From assembly GCA_002314195.1 (NCBI GenBank), contig DCCQ01000074.1:4933-68932 (forward strand): a DNA stretch of 64,000 nucleotides. Reading direction: 5' to 3'. The notes beneath the pieces are model-generated. The model searched no databases. It saw only the letters and a list, made by a program, of their open reading frames with translations, and was not told the DNA's origin. The translations under genes were made by a program, and so were the position numbers. Source of the stretch: Bacteroidales bacterium UBA1077 (GTDB lineage Bacteria > Bacteroidota > Bacteroidia > Bacteroidales > UBA932). This document shows, in pieces, positions 1-8,360 of the stretch (position 1 is its first letter; each line of letters opens with the position of its first letter).

Positions 1-2
1 AT

Positions 3-83
3 CGCAGGGACAAGACATCGGTGGACAAGATTAGCGCCGCCATCATCCTGCAGAGTTATCTGGACAGAACGAACAGAAATTAA
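3..83 (+). CDS. ruvX: 3' end of YqgF/RuvX family Holliday-junction-resolvase-like nuclease (partial)
   Basis: Hand translation RRDKTSVDKISAAIILQSYLDRTNRN* matches the YqgF C-terminal VD.xSA.IILQ.YL motif; sits directly upstream of def. Confidence 0.85.
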   Translation, partial: RRDKTSVDKISAAIILQSYLDRTNRN

Positions 84-94
84 AGGTTGGAGAT

Positions 95-649
95 ATGATA
101 TTACCTATTTATTTATACGGGTCTGAGGTCCTCAGGCAGAAGGCTGCCCCGGCTGACCTCTCGGAGAAGGAAAAAATCACCAGACTGGTGGCTGACATGG
201 AGGAGACACTCGCAAAATCTGAAGGCTGCGGACTAGCCGCCCCTCAGGTTGGTGAGAGTGTGCGTGTCCTGATCGTTGACGGCACGGGAATGACAGATGT
301 CTACCCTTACCTCGCGGATTTCAAGAGGGTGATGATCAACCCGGTCATCCTGGAGGAGAGCGAGAAAAAGTGTGAATATTCAGAAGGATGTCTCAGCATC
401 CCAGGCGTCTACTGCGATGTGACAAGGCCGCAGAGTATGACAGTTGAATATTACAACGGTGATTTCGAGAAGGTTACTGAGACCTTTGACAAGTTCGCCT
501 GCCGTATGGTGCAGCACGAGATGTCACATCTGGACGGCGATCTTTTCGTGGATCATGTCGCTCCCATAAGGAAGAAGATCATTTCGAAAAAGCTCCAGAA
601 CATCGCGAAAGGAAAGGTTTTTGCAAGGTACGCCACGAAAATTAAATAA
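95..649 (+). CDS. def: peptide deformylase
   Basis: Motifs GCGLAAPQVG, EGCLS, QHEMSHLDG. Confidence 0.97.
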   Translation: MILPIYLYGSEVLRQKAAPADLSEKEKITRLVADMEETLAKSEGCGLAAPQVGESVRVLIVDGTGMTDVYPYLADFKRVMINPVILEESEKKCEYSEGCLSIPGVYCDVTRPQSMTVEYYNGDFEKVTETFDKFACRMVQHEMSHLDGDLFVDHVAPIRKKIISKKLQNIAKGKVFARYATKIK

Positions 650-659
650 CAAGAACATT

Positions 660-2018
660 ATGGGTGCATTTCACGCGTATGACATACGCGGAGTCTATAA
701 CGTTGACTTCGATCGTAACACCGCCTATAAGGTGGGTTATTTTATTCCGGAACTCCTTGACACAGACAAGGTCCTTGTGGGTCGCGACTGTCGTCTCTCG
801 TCTCCGGAGATTCATGAATATCTTTTGAAAGGAATCACCGATGCCGGCGCCGATGTCTATGACATTGGCCTCAGCACTACCCCGATGGTTTATTTCGGAA
901 CCGCCAACTATGGGTTCAAGGCCTCGGTACAGATTACGGCCTCCCACAATCCAAAAGAGTATAACGGAATGAAGGTTTCCAGGGAGAACGCCCTTCCTGT
1001 CGGCCTGGATTCCGGCCTCGGACAGATCCAGGAGTGGATCGAGAGCGGCAGGCCTACCCCTGTCGCCGAAAAGAGAGGGCAGGTCATCCTCAAGGATATT
1101 CATAAGGATTACCTTGACTTCCTGCTGAAATTCAAGGGCGACTATTCCGACATCAAGATCGCTTTCGATCTCTCCAATGGAATGGCAAGTCTTTATGCTC
1201 GCGAGATATTCGGTGACGGGCCGGCCTACATATTCGAAAAGATGGACGGCAATTTTCCTAATCACGAGCCGAACCCGCTGATCCCGAAGAATGTCGAGTC
1301 ACTTCAGGCTTTGGTAAAGAAGACTCGTGCTGACGTAGGCGTGATCTACGATGGTGATGCGGACCGTGTTATGTTCGTGGACAACGAGGGCAAATTCGTC
1401 TCTCCTGATCTTATGATAGCGGTTCTCGGCCATTATTATGTTGATGAAAGGCACGAGACCGGCATAGTCCTTCAGGACATCCGCAGCTCCAAGGCGGTAG
1501 GTGAGTACCTTACCCCGATGGGATGCAAGATGGCCACATGGAAGGTGGGTCGCGCCTTTGCCGCTAGAAAGCTTCGCGAACTTGACGGAGTCTGGGGCGG
1601 AGAGCTGGCCGGACACTATTATTTCCGCGATTTCTTCTATTCTGACAGCGGATTGCTGGCATCAATGCTGATCCTGAGGGTCGTGGCTGCCATGAAAAAG
1701 AAAGGCGTCACCTTGCACGAACTCATCGGCAAGATCGCCCGCTACCAGAACTCGGGCGAAATCAACTTCCGACTCGATGACAAGAAAGGCGCCATGGATG
1801 CTGTCAAGGAATATTTCACCTCGAAGGAGACTCCGACTGCCGAGATGGATTTCGACGGCTACAGGGTCGAGTTCCCGGACTGGTGGTTCAACATCCGCCC
1901 TTCCAACACGGAACCTTACCTCAGGTTCATCTGTGAGGCAACATCGGACGCTCTTCTTGAGGAAAAAGTTAACGAAACGACGAATCTTCTCGTAGAGAGA
2001 TTCGGAGCAAAACTGTAG
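660..2018 (+). CDS. phosphomannomutase/phosphoglucomutase
   Basis: FHAYDIRG N-terminus (start moved to ATG at 660), TASHNP phosphoserine loop, DGDADR metal motif, GELAGH. Confidence 0.93.
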   Translation: MGAFHAYDIRGVYNVDFDRNTAYKVGYFIPELLDTDKVLVGRDCRLSSPEIHEYLLKGITDAGADVYDIGLSTTPMVYFGTANYGFKASVQITASHNPKEYNGMKVSRENALPVGLDSGLGQIQEWIESGRPTPVAEKRGQVILKDIHKDYLDFLLKFKGDYSDIKIAFDLSNGMASLYAREIFGDGPAYIFEKMDGNFPNHEPNPLIPKNVESLQALVKKTRADVGVIYDGDADRVMFVDNEGKFVSPDLMIAVLGHYYVDERHETGIVLQDIRSSKAVGEYLTPMGCKMATWKVGRAFAARKLRELDGVWGGELAGHYYFRDFFYSDSGLLASMLILRVVAAMKKKGVTLHELIGKIARYQNSGEINFRLDDKKGAMDAVKEYFTSKETPTAEMDFDGYRVEFPDWWFNIRPSNTEPYLRFICEATSDALLEEKVNETTNLLVERFGAKL

Positions 2019-2023
2019 GCGGG

Positions 2024-3085
2024 ATGATTCGTGGAAGTTTCTTGGCGAGCGCCATTGTTATGGTCCTTGCCTCTATCCAGTTCTCGGTTCCGGCCATCGC
2101 GCAGGACACCACAATCAAGACCAGGAAACAGGCTGAGATCCTCGTCCCGAGAATCTCCAGGGAGTCTGTCCAGTCAATGAATTTGTCCAAGGCTGAGGCT
2201 TTGGACACTATTGACACGGCGGATCCGCACATCAAAATCCTTCTCCTGTCGGACAACACTTGGAAGTATTTCAAGGATTCCACCTATGCCCGTGACCATA
2301 AGATATTCAATGAATATTGGACTCACGACTATCCTGACCCGTATCATGTGTCTCTGGACGAGCTACCAGATGAGATCGCGCTTTGGATAGTGGACACATT
2401 GAGCGAGTACAAGTGCCCTCATCAAAATGACGTTTATTCAAAGTTCGGCTACCGCCACAGACGTCGTCATCAGGGAGTGGATCTGCCTTTGCAGACGGGC
2501 ACTCCTGTTTACGCCGCTTTTGATGGCAAGGTCCGCATTTCGAAGCGTTACAAAGGCTACGGCAACCTTGTGGTTCTTCGCCATGACAATGGTCTTGAGA
2601 CATTCTACGGCCATCTTTCAAAGATTTACGTGAAGGATGATCAGTGGGTGAACGCCGGCACGATCATTGGCTTAGGTGGCTCGACAGGCCGTTCGACAGG
2701 GCCTCATCTACATTTCGAAACCCGTTACAAGGGCTATGCGTTTGATCCTGAATGGCTGATTGATTTCCACTCTGGTACGTTGAGACACAGGCTGTTCGTC
2801 TTGAAGAAGAAATATCTGAACGCCAACAGCAAGTACGTTCCTGAGAGCGAACAGGAGGAGATAGACATTCTTGAAGGCGATGCGAAGGACAAGGAGGAGG
2901 CAGCCAAGAAGGCCGAGGCCGAGAGAAAGGCCGCTGCCGCCGCCCGGTACCACACCATCCGTCAAGGAGACACTTTGGGCGCGTTGGCTCGTAAGTATCA
3001 CACAACGGTCAGGACTCTCTGCCGTCTGAACGGCATCAAGGAAACCACTACCCTCCGTCTCGGCAAGAAACTTCGCGTGAAGTAA
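2024..3085 (+). CDS. M23 family metallopeptidase with C-terminal LysM domain
   Basis: Signal peptide, HQGVD and HLHFE M23 motifs, YHTIRQGDTL...LysM. Confidence 0.92.
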   Translation: MIRGSFLASAIVMVLASIQFSVPAIAQDTTIKTRKQAEILVPRISRESVQSMNLSKAEALDTIDTADPHIKILLLSDNTWKYFKDSTYARDHKIFNEYWTHDYPDPYHVSLDELPDEIALWIVDTLSEYKCPHQNDVYSKFGYRHRRRHQGVDLPLQTGTPVYAAFDGKVRISKRYKGYGNLVVLRHDNGLETFYGHLSKIYVKDDQWVNAGTIIGLGGSTGRSTGPHLHFETRYKGYAFDPEWLIDFHSGTLRHRLFVLKKKYLNANSKYVPESEQEEIDILEGDAKDKEEAAKKAEAERKAAAAARYHTIRQGDTLGALARKYHTTVRTLCRLNGIKETTTLRLGKKLRVK

Positions 3086-3087
3086 GG

Positions 3088-3124
3088 CCTTTCGGTCGCT
3101 GAGCTTGTCGAAGCGACCGAAGGG
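3088..3124. repeat. REP-like palindrome (TTCGGTCGCTGAGCTTGTCGAAGCGACCGAA)
   Basis: Hairpin just after a stop codon; same core recurs at 9754, 37542, 37593, 54415 and, degenerate, at 46987. Confidence 0.85.
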
Positions 3125-3193
3125 GTTTCGGGGAATCCTTTCCCTATGCCCCTTCGGTGCTGTCGCAAAGCGACTGGAGGAGGATTGGATAAT

Positions 3194-3235
3194 GAAAGAA
3201 AAGAGACGCAATATTTTTTGCGTCTCTTTTCTTTT
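3194..3235. terminator. bidirectional intrinsic terminator
   Basis: AAAAGAGACGCA...TGCGTCTCTTTT hairpin with A and T tails between the M23 gene and the tRNA. Confidence 0.75.
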
Positions 3236-3236
3236 G

Positions 3237-3310
3237 TGGTCCCAGTAGGGCATGATCCTACGACCCCCTGATTATGAGTCAGATGCTCTAACCAACTGAG
3301 CTATGGGACC
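3237..3310 (-). tRNA. tRNA with CAT anticodon (probably Ile2/lysidine type, otherwise Met)
   Basis: Reverse complement GGTCCCA-TAGCTCAGTTGGTTAGAGC-ATCTGACT-CAT-AATCAGG...TGGGACC-A folds as a cloverleaf. Confidence 0.9.
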
Positions 3311-3442
3311 GGTCATTGTCCGCCAATGGCTTGGACATAACTTCGATTCAAAGTTACCAAACTTTTTGGAAACGACAAAATTCTTTCTACCGTTCACGTT
3401 TTGCTTTTTGCATCTATGGCACTTTGACGGCTTTTTCGGACG

Positions 3443-4033
3443 CTAATATTCATTCACGCCGTTTTCTGCCATCCATGAGAGGAGGGGGGCGCAGTCGAAT
3501 CCAACTACACCTTTCATGAATATGTTCACGTGGAATCCTATCTCTTGGCTTAGCCGATAAACATTTTTGAGAGTCTCAAGCACGCAGTATTCGGCAGCGA
3601 TGCCGCAGACCGTCACTTCGTCCCCGTGCTTGAACAGGTCAGGTGTGGCGGCGTTTGGTGAAATTTCCGTCTCTGTGCCGTTTTTTGACTGCGAGGTCTC
3701 GGCGACGCCAGCGAAAGCGCCATATTCCTCCCTGTCTTTGTCACGCCCTTTCAGAATGAATCGGGTTTTCGTCTCGTCCAGTCCGTCCAGCAGTCCGCGG
3801 GCGAGACTCGCCCCCAATGTGTAATGGACACAGTGCTCAGGCCACGTCCCGCCGTTCGCCTTGAACGAGCAGTGGTTCTTGGGATGCCAGTCCAGTGTGA
3901 AGTACACCTTGTCGAACCTCACCTTGATCTCGTTGATCTCAGGGATTATCCTTTCCGCCCCCGGCACCGCCAGCGACCCGTCGATGAAATCCCTTTGTAC
4001 ATCCACCACCAGCAAAATCTTTCTTCCTGTCAT
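3443..4033 (-). CDS. pncA: nicotinamidase/pyrazinamidase (isochorismatase family)
   Basis: LLVVDVQRDF, DWHP..H, WPEHC, GIAAEYCV motifs; start placed at ATG 4033, downstream of the 9-bp repeat. Confidence 0.85.
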   Translation of the reverse strand: MTGRKILLVVDVQRDFIDGSLAVPGAERIIPEINEIKVRFDKVYFTLDWHPKNHCSFKANGGTWPEHCVHYTLGASLARGLLDGLDETKTRFILKGRDKDREEYGAFAGVAETSQSKNGTETEISPNAATPDLFKHGDEVTVCGIAAEYCVLETLKNVYRLSQEIGFHVNIFMKGVVGFDCAPLLSWMAENGVNEY

Positions 4034-4120
4034 GTTTTTATTGTTTTTATTGTTTTTATTGTTTTTATTGTTTTTATTGTTTTTATTGTTTTTATTGTTT
4101 TTATTGTTTTTATTGTTTTT
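4033..4120. repeat. 9-bp tandem repeat (TGTTTTTAT) x ~9.8
   Basis: Perfect tandem copies read directly from the sequence. Confidence 0.97.
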
Positions 4121-4131
4121 GCCTTTATCTT

Positions 4132-4139
4132 CAAAGATA
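4132..4139 (-). promoter_or_regulatory. Bacteroidetes -7 promoter box (TATCTTTG) for pncA
   Basis: CAAAGATA on + strand equals the TAnnTTTG consensus on - strand. Confidence 0.55.
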
Positions 4140-4313
4140 GGCATTATTTCTGACAATGAAACGGTGACTGTTGAGGCTATTCCAGAAAAAGCCTGAATGC
4201 CAGCCCGTAGCCATGTGCCATGCGGTCTCACGTCAGGGCACTAGCGTAGGCGGGACCCTTATTGGACTTGGTCCCTTATTGTTCCTTGAAATCAATGAGT
4301 TGTGAGGAAAAGA

Positions 4314-4353
4314 AAAACGGACAAACCGTCATTTCTGATGATTTGTCCGCTTT
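4314..4353 (-). terminator. terminator downstream of tRNA-Asn
   Basis: CGGACAAA...TTTGTCCG stem with A-run giving a U tail on the - strand. Confidence 0.6.
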
Positions 4354-4429
4354 GGCTCCTCAAGTAGGACTTGAACCTACGACCCCCTGATTAACAGTCA
4401 GGTGCTCTAACCAACTGAGCTATTGAGGA
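4353..4429 (-). tRNA. tRNA-Asn(GTT)
   Basis: Reverse complement TCCTCAA...CTGACT-GTT-AATCAG...GGTTCAAGTCC...TTGAGGAG-CCA. Confidence 0.96.
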
Positions 4430-4555
4430 ATTTTGCCAACCTTTTTCGGTTGTTTGTTCCTTTCGGGAGTGCAAAGGTACAACAAAAACTGATTAATGCA
4501 AATTTTTTTGTAGTTTTTTTTGTGTACCTTTGTGTGAATTTCTCGGAGGAGGAAA

Positions 4556-5269
4556 ATGGACATTGACTTGTTTTCAGAGATGCTCAAGGGACTTATCCTT
4601 GACAATGATGAGGTTACATTGCCAGGCTTGGGGACTTTCGTCTCCGAGGTGATGCCATCGACTTTTTCTGACAAAGGGTACACTATCAATCCTCCTTACC
4701 GAAAACTGTCTTTCAGGCAGCGCGGATCAGGGAATGAGTTGATGCTGGCTGAGTTTTATGCCGCGGCCAACGGCATGGATGTCGAGACTTCACAAAGAAT
4801 ATTGGATGAGTTTATTTCCGGGTTGAGGACGGCGCTTCAGACTAAAAAGATGGTGGTGTTCCCTGGACTGGGACGGTTGAGGGCGACAAAAGAGAATACC
4901 TTTTTCTTTATTGCAGATGAGGATCTGGACATCTATCCTTATGGGGTGGGCCTTGAGCCGGTTTCGCTGAAGACTCACGAAGAGACTCCGGAAGAGGTGA
5001 CTCAGAGTGTGACAGCGCTTAAGGAACTTATTGATGGGCCGGAGAATGAAGTTCAGCGACTAGGTCAGGAGCAGACTGTGCCTGAGGAGACGGAGGAACT
5101 GTATGTGCGGAAAAAGCGTAGTTGGAAGGTGGCTTCTATTATGGTTGCGTGCGTAATTGGAGTGGCTTTGCTGGCACTCGGAATATTCATACTCCTTGCA
5201 CACATCGCTCCGGATTTCATTGACTCGATCCTTTACACCCCGGAGGAACTGAGAATCATAAATCATTAG
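4556..5269 (+). CDS. HU-like (CCDC81-like) domain protein with C-terminal transmembrane helix
   Basis: Two HU-type V.LPGLG.F / VFPGLGRL motifs; hydrophobic segment near the C-terminus. Confidence 0.7.
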   Translation: MDIDLFSEMLKGLILDNDEVTLPGLGTFVSEVMPSTFSDKGYTINPPYRKLSFRQRGSGNELMLAEFYAAANGMDVETSQRILDEFISGLRTALQTKKMVVFPGLGRLRATKENTFFFIADEDLDIYPYGVGLEPVSLKTHEETPEEVTQSVTALKELIDGPENEVQRLGQEQTVPEETEELYVRKKRSWKVASIMVACVIGVALLALGIFILLAHIAPDFIDSILYTPEELRIINH

Positions 5270-5273
5270 GACT

Positions 5274-6059
5274 ATGGAAAAGATCAAGGTCTCAGACAAC
5301 AGATTCAGTACTGACATAACAATTCCGTGCTACGACACGGACGCTTCGTTCCGTTTGAAGCCGGCCGCATTCATGGATCATGCCCAGGAAATGGCGTATC
5401 TGGCGGCTCAGGCCCTTCATTTCGGCTATGACGACCTCCAGAGGCATCACACGGCCTGGGTGCTGTCAAGGATGCGGATGGATTTCCGCAATCCACCGAA
5501 ATGGACGGACGAGACAACCCTTTACACTTGGCACAAAGGTCAGGACGGCCTGTTTTTTCTTCGTGATTTCGAACTCAGAAGGCATGGTGACACCGACTTT
5601 GCGGACAAATCAAAGGCGCTGGTGCTCTGCACTTCCTCGTGGATAGTGATGAATGTCGAGACCAGAAGGTTGGTCCGCAGCGATGAGGTCCTGAACATGG
5701 TTCCGGCTACCACACAATGTCCTGACAATGCGATCCAGACTCCTTGCGGAAAAGTCGTGATGCCAAAGAATATTCTTGCGGAGGAAGTCGGTTTCCACAA
5801 GGCGGAATATTCGGACATCGATGTGCTGGGGCACACGAACAACGCCCGCTATGTGGTCTGGGCTATGGACAGCATTGACTACAATGAGGTTGCCGGCAAT
5901 CCGGTGAAGAGCATCAGCATCAACTTCATCAAGGAGACCAAGCCGGAGGAAGTCGTGAGAATATTCAGAAGCTGCGAGGAAAGCGACGGACAAAAGACAT
6001 ATTACATAGAAGGTAGAATTGAAGACAAACCGTGCTTTTGCGCGCGGATAGATTTTTAA
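5274..6059 (+). CDS. acyl-ACP thioesterase
   Basis: WVLSRM and SDIDVLGHTNNARY double hot-dog motifs. Confidence 0.9.
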   Translation: MEKIKVSDNRFSTDITIPCYDTDASFRLKPAAFMDHAQEMAYLAAQALHFGYDDLQRHHTAWVLSRMRMDFRNPPKWTDETTLYTWHKGQDGLFFLRDFELRRHGDTDFADKSKALVLCTSSWIVMNVETRRLVRSDEVLNMVPATTQCPDNAIQTPCGKVVMPKNILAEEVGFHKAEYSDIDVLGHTNNARYVVWAMDSIDYNEVAGNPVKSISINFIKETKPEEVVRIFRSCEESDGQKTYYIEGRIEDKPCFCARIDF

Positions 6060-6079
6060 GCGTATAGATTTAGATTGGT

Positions 6080-7765
6080 ATGCGAGATTTGTTTCTTGGG
6101 GCGGGAATCGCCCATTCCATTCTGGTTTTCGCGGTAGTGATCGCGATAGGGCTGTATCTTGGCAAATTCAAGATCAAAGGCATTTCCATCGGCTCGACGT
6201 GGATCCTGTTCGTCGCCATCCTTCTGAGCCATTTCGGGCTCAGGGTTGACGCCACGGTACTCAGTTTCATGAAGGATTTCGGTCTGATTCTGTTCGTGTT
6301 CTCGATCGGACTTCAGGTCGGACCTGGATTCTTCCATTCGTTCAAGAAAGGCGGTATGCAGCTGAACCTGCTCGCAGTCTTGCTGGTGCTTCTTGCCGTG
6401 GGTGTGACGGTGGCTATCCATTTCGTAACAGGAGAGGATCTCAAGACTATGGTCGGAGTGATGTCCGGAGCCGTGACAAACACCCCCGGACTCGGTGCCG
6501 CCCAGCAGACGATGGCGGATTCCATGCGGGGGGAAAACTACCTGGCGTCCGATATCGCATCCGCGACTTCAGGACTGGCCTCCGCCTATGCTGTGGCCTA
6601 TCCTTTAGGTGTGCTTCTCGTGATCGGTCTGATCATGTTCTTCAAGGCCATATTCAAGGTTGACCTTGACAAAGAGAAGGCTGAACTTGACAATGCCGAC
6701 AACAGCGAGGATGTGGCGAGGCGGATGCATTGCGAGGTCGAGAATCCGGCTGTTTTCGGACTTACGATCAAAGAGGCCACAAGGGATCTGGATAATTCGA
6801 TTGTGATCTCCAGAATCCTCAGGGACGGACTGATGTCTATTCCAGGACCTGACACTATTCTCCAGAAAGGAGACAAACTTCTGATTGTCACTTCGCAGAA
6901 AAACGTTGATTCCGTAAGAATCACTTTCGGAGAGGAAGTCCCGATGCATCTTCAGGATTGGGAACAGATTGACGCAAAGATGGTCAACAGGAAGATCACG
7001 GTCACCAAGTCATCGTTGACGGGTGTGACTCTGCGGAATTTGAACATCAGGGCCAACTATGGTGTCAGTGTGACCCGTGTCATCAGATCCGGTGTGGGAC
7101 TTGTGGCAAGGCCAAACCTCATTCTTCAGATGGGCGATGTGCTTAGGGTTGTAGGTCCGGAGCTTGGAATAGAGGAGGTCGCCAACCTTGTGGGCAACCA
7201 GACTTCCACGCTCAACCGCCCGAATCTTATCCCGATATTCTTTGGAATAGCCCTAGGAGTCATATTCGGATCCATTCCTATCGCCATCCCTGGCATCCCT
7301 CAGCCGATCAAACTCGGTCTCGCCGGTGGTCCGCTCATCATCGCGATTCTGCTTGGCTACTTCGGCCCGAAGTGGAAGATCACGACCTACACGACCCAGA
7401 GCGCGAACCTGATGGTCAGAGAGATGGGAATATCCTTCTTCATGGCGGCCGTCGGTCTCGGAGCCGGACAGAATTTCGTAAGTTCCATTCTGAACGGAGG
7501 CTATTGGTGGATTCTCTACGGAGCATTGATCACATTCATTCCGGTCTGCACAATCGGTCTTGTCGCAAGGTTCGTCTGCAAACTGAACTTCTACCAGATC
7601 TGCGGTCTGATTTCCGGAGGTACCACAGACCCTGCTGTCCTTGCGTTCACCCAGGGCGCCTATGGTACGGATTATCCTTCGGTGAACTACGCGACAGTCT
7701 ATCCTTTGTCCATGTTCATGAGGGTGCTCGTGGCCCAGCTGTTGATTCTTTTGGCGATAGCGTGA
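6080..7765 (+). CDS. AspT/YidE/YbjL family putative transporter with TrkA-C domains
   Basis: Duplicated membrane domain (GAVTNTPGLGA / GGTTDPAVL) flanking two soluble domains. Confidence 0.9.
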   Translation: MRDLFLGAGIAHSILVFAVVIAIGLYLGKFKIKGISIGSTWILFVAILLSHFGLRVDATVLSFMKDFGLILFVFSIGLQVGPGFFHSFKKGGMQLNLLAVLLVLLAVGVTVAIHFVTGEDLKTMVGVMSGAVTNTPGLGAAQQTMADSMRGENYLASDIASATSGLASAYAVAYPLGVLLVIGLIMFFKAIFKVDLDKEKAELDNADNSEDVARRMHCEVENPAVFGLTIKEATRDLDNSIVISRILRDGLMSIPGPDTILQKGDKLLIVTSQKNVDSVRITFGEEVPMHLQDWEQIDAKMVNRKITVTKSSLTGVTLRNLNIRANYGVSVTRVIRSGVGLVARPNLILQMGDVLRVVGPELGIEEVANLVGNQTSTLNRPNLIPIFFGIALGVIFGSIPIAIPGIPQPIKLGLAGGPLIIAILLGYFGPKWKITTYTTQSANLMVREMGISFFMAAVGLGAGQNFVSSILNGGYWWILYGALITFIPVCTIGLVARFVCKLNFYQICGLISGGTTDPAVLAFTQGAYGTDYPSVNYATVYPLSMFMRVLVAQLLILLAIA

Positions 7766-7769
7766 CATT

Positions 7770-8360
7770 ATGTTTGACTTGGTCTACCCAGTTGCTCCGG
7801 CTCCGCTCATGCCTTTGCCATCGGTCGACAATCCTGGCGACCGTCCACGTCCGACAGGGGAGATGGTTCCTGTCGTGGAGGAGAACGGCCTTGTCATCGG
7901 CCAGGCCACAAGGCAGTCTGTACACGATGGTTCGAAGTTGATGCATCCGGTGATTCATCTTCACATCATCAACCGTGAGGGATGTCTTTATATTCAGAAA
8001 CGCTCGATGAAGAAGGATCTTCTTCCCGGGCGATGGGACACGGCTGTGGGTGGCCATGTGGATTACGGTGAGACGCTTGAGGAGGCACTCTACCGGGAGG
8101 CATCGGAGGAATTGGGGTTCAGAGACTTCAATCCGATATTCCTGAAATCTTACATCTGGGAGTCGGCGCGTGAGAAGGAATTGGTCAACGTCTTCGCCAC
8201 CGTCGGCAACTTCATTTTGAAGCCTGACAATGACGAGGTTTCAGAAGGACGCTATTGGAATATTTCCGAGTTGGAGGCGAACCTGGGCATGGGACTGTTC
8301 ACCCCGAATTTTGAACAGGAATTTAAATCAATCAAGAATACTTTACTTTCGTTGCTCTGA
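7770..8360 (+). CDS. NUDIX hydrolase (Idi/YfcD-like)
   Basis: GGHVDYGETLEEALYREASEELG Nudix box. Confidence 0.92.
   Translation: MFDLVYPVAPAPLMPLPSVDNPGDRPRPTGEMVPVVEENGLVIGQATRQSVHDGSKLMHPVIHLHIINREGCLYIQKRSMKKDLLPGRWDTAVGGHVDYGETLEEALYREASEELGFRDFNPIFLKSYIWESAREKELVNVFATVGNFILKPDNDEVSEGRYWNISELEANLGMGLFTPNFEQEFKSIKNTLLSLL

Noticed and set aside
3417..3431. TGGCAC-type GG-N10-GC box
   Set aside because: Points antisense into the pncA 3' end with no gene to drive; probably chance
4034..4231. N-terminal NNK-repeat extension of pncA and the FIV/LLF-repeat ORFs on the + strand
   Set aside because: Artefacts of translating the 9-bp repeat; family homology starts at ATG 4033 and a -7 box lies inside the supposed extension
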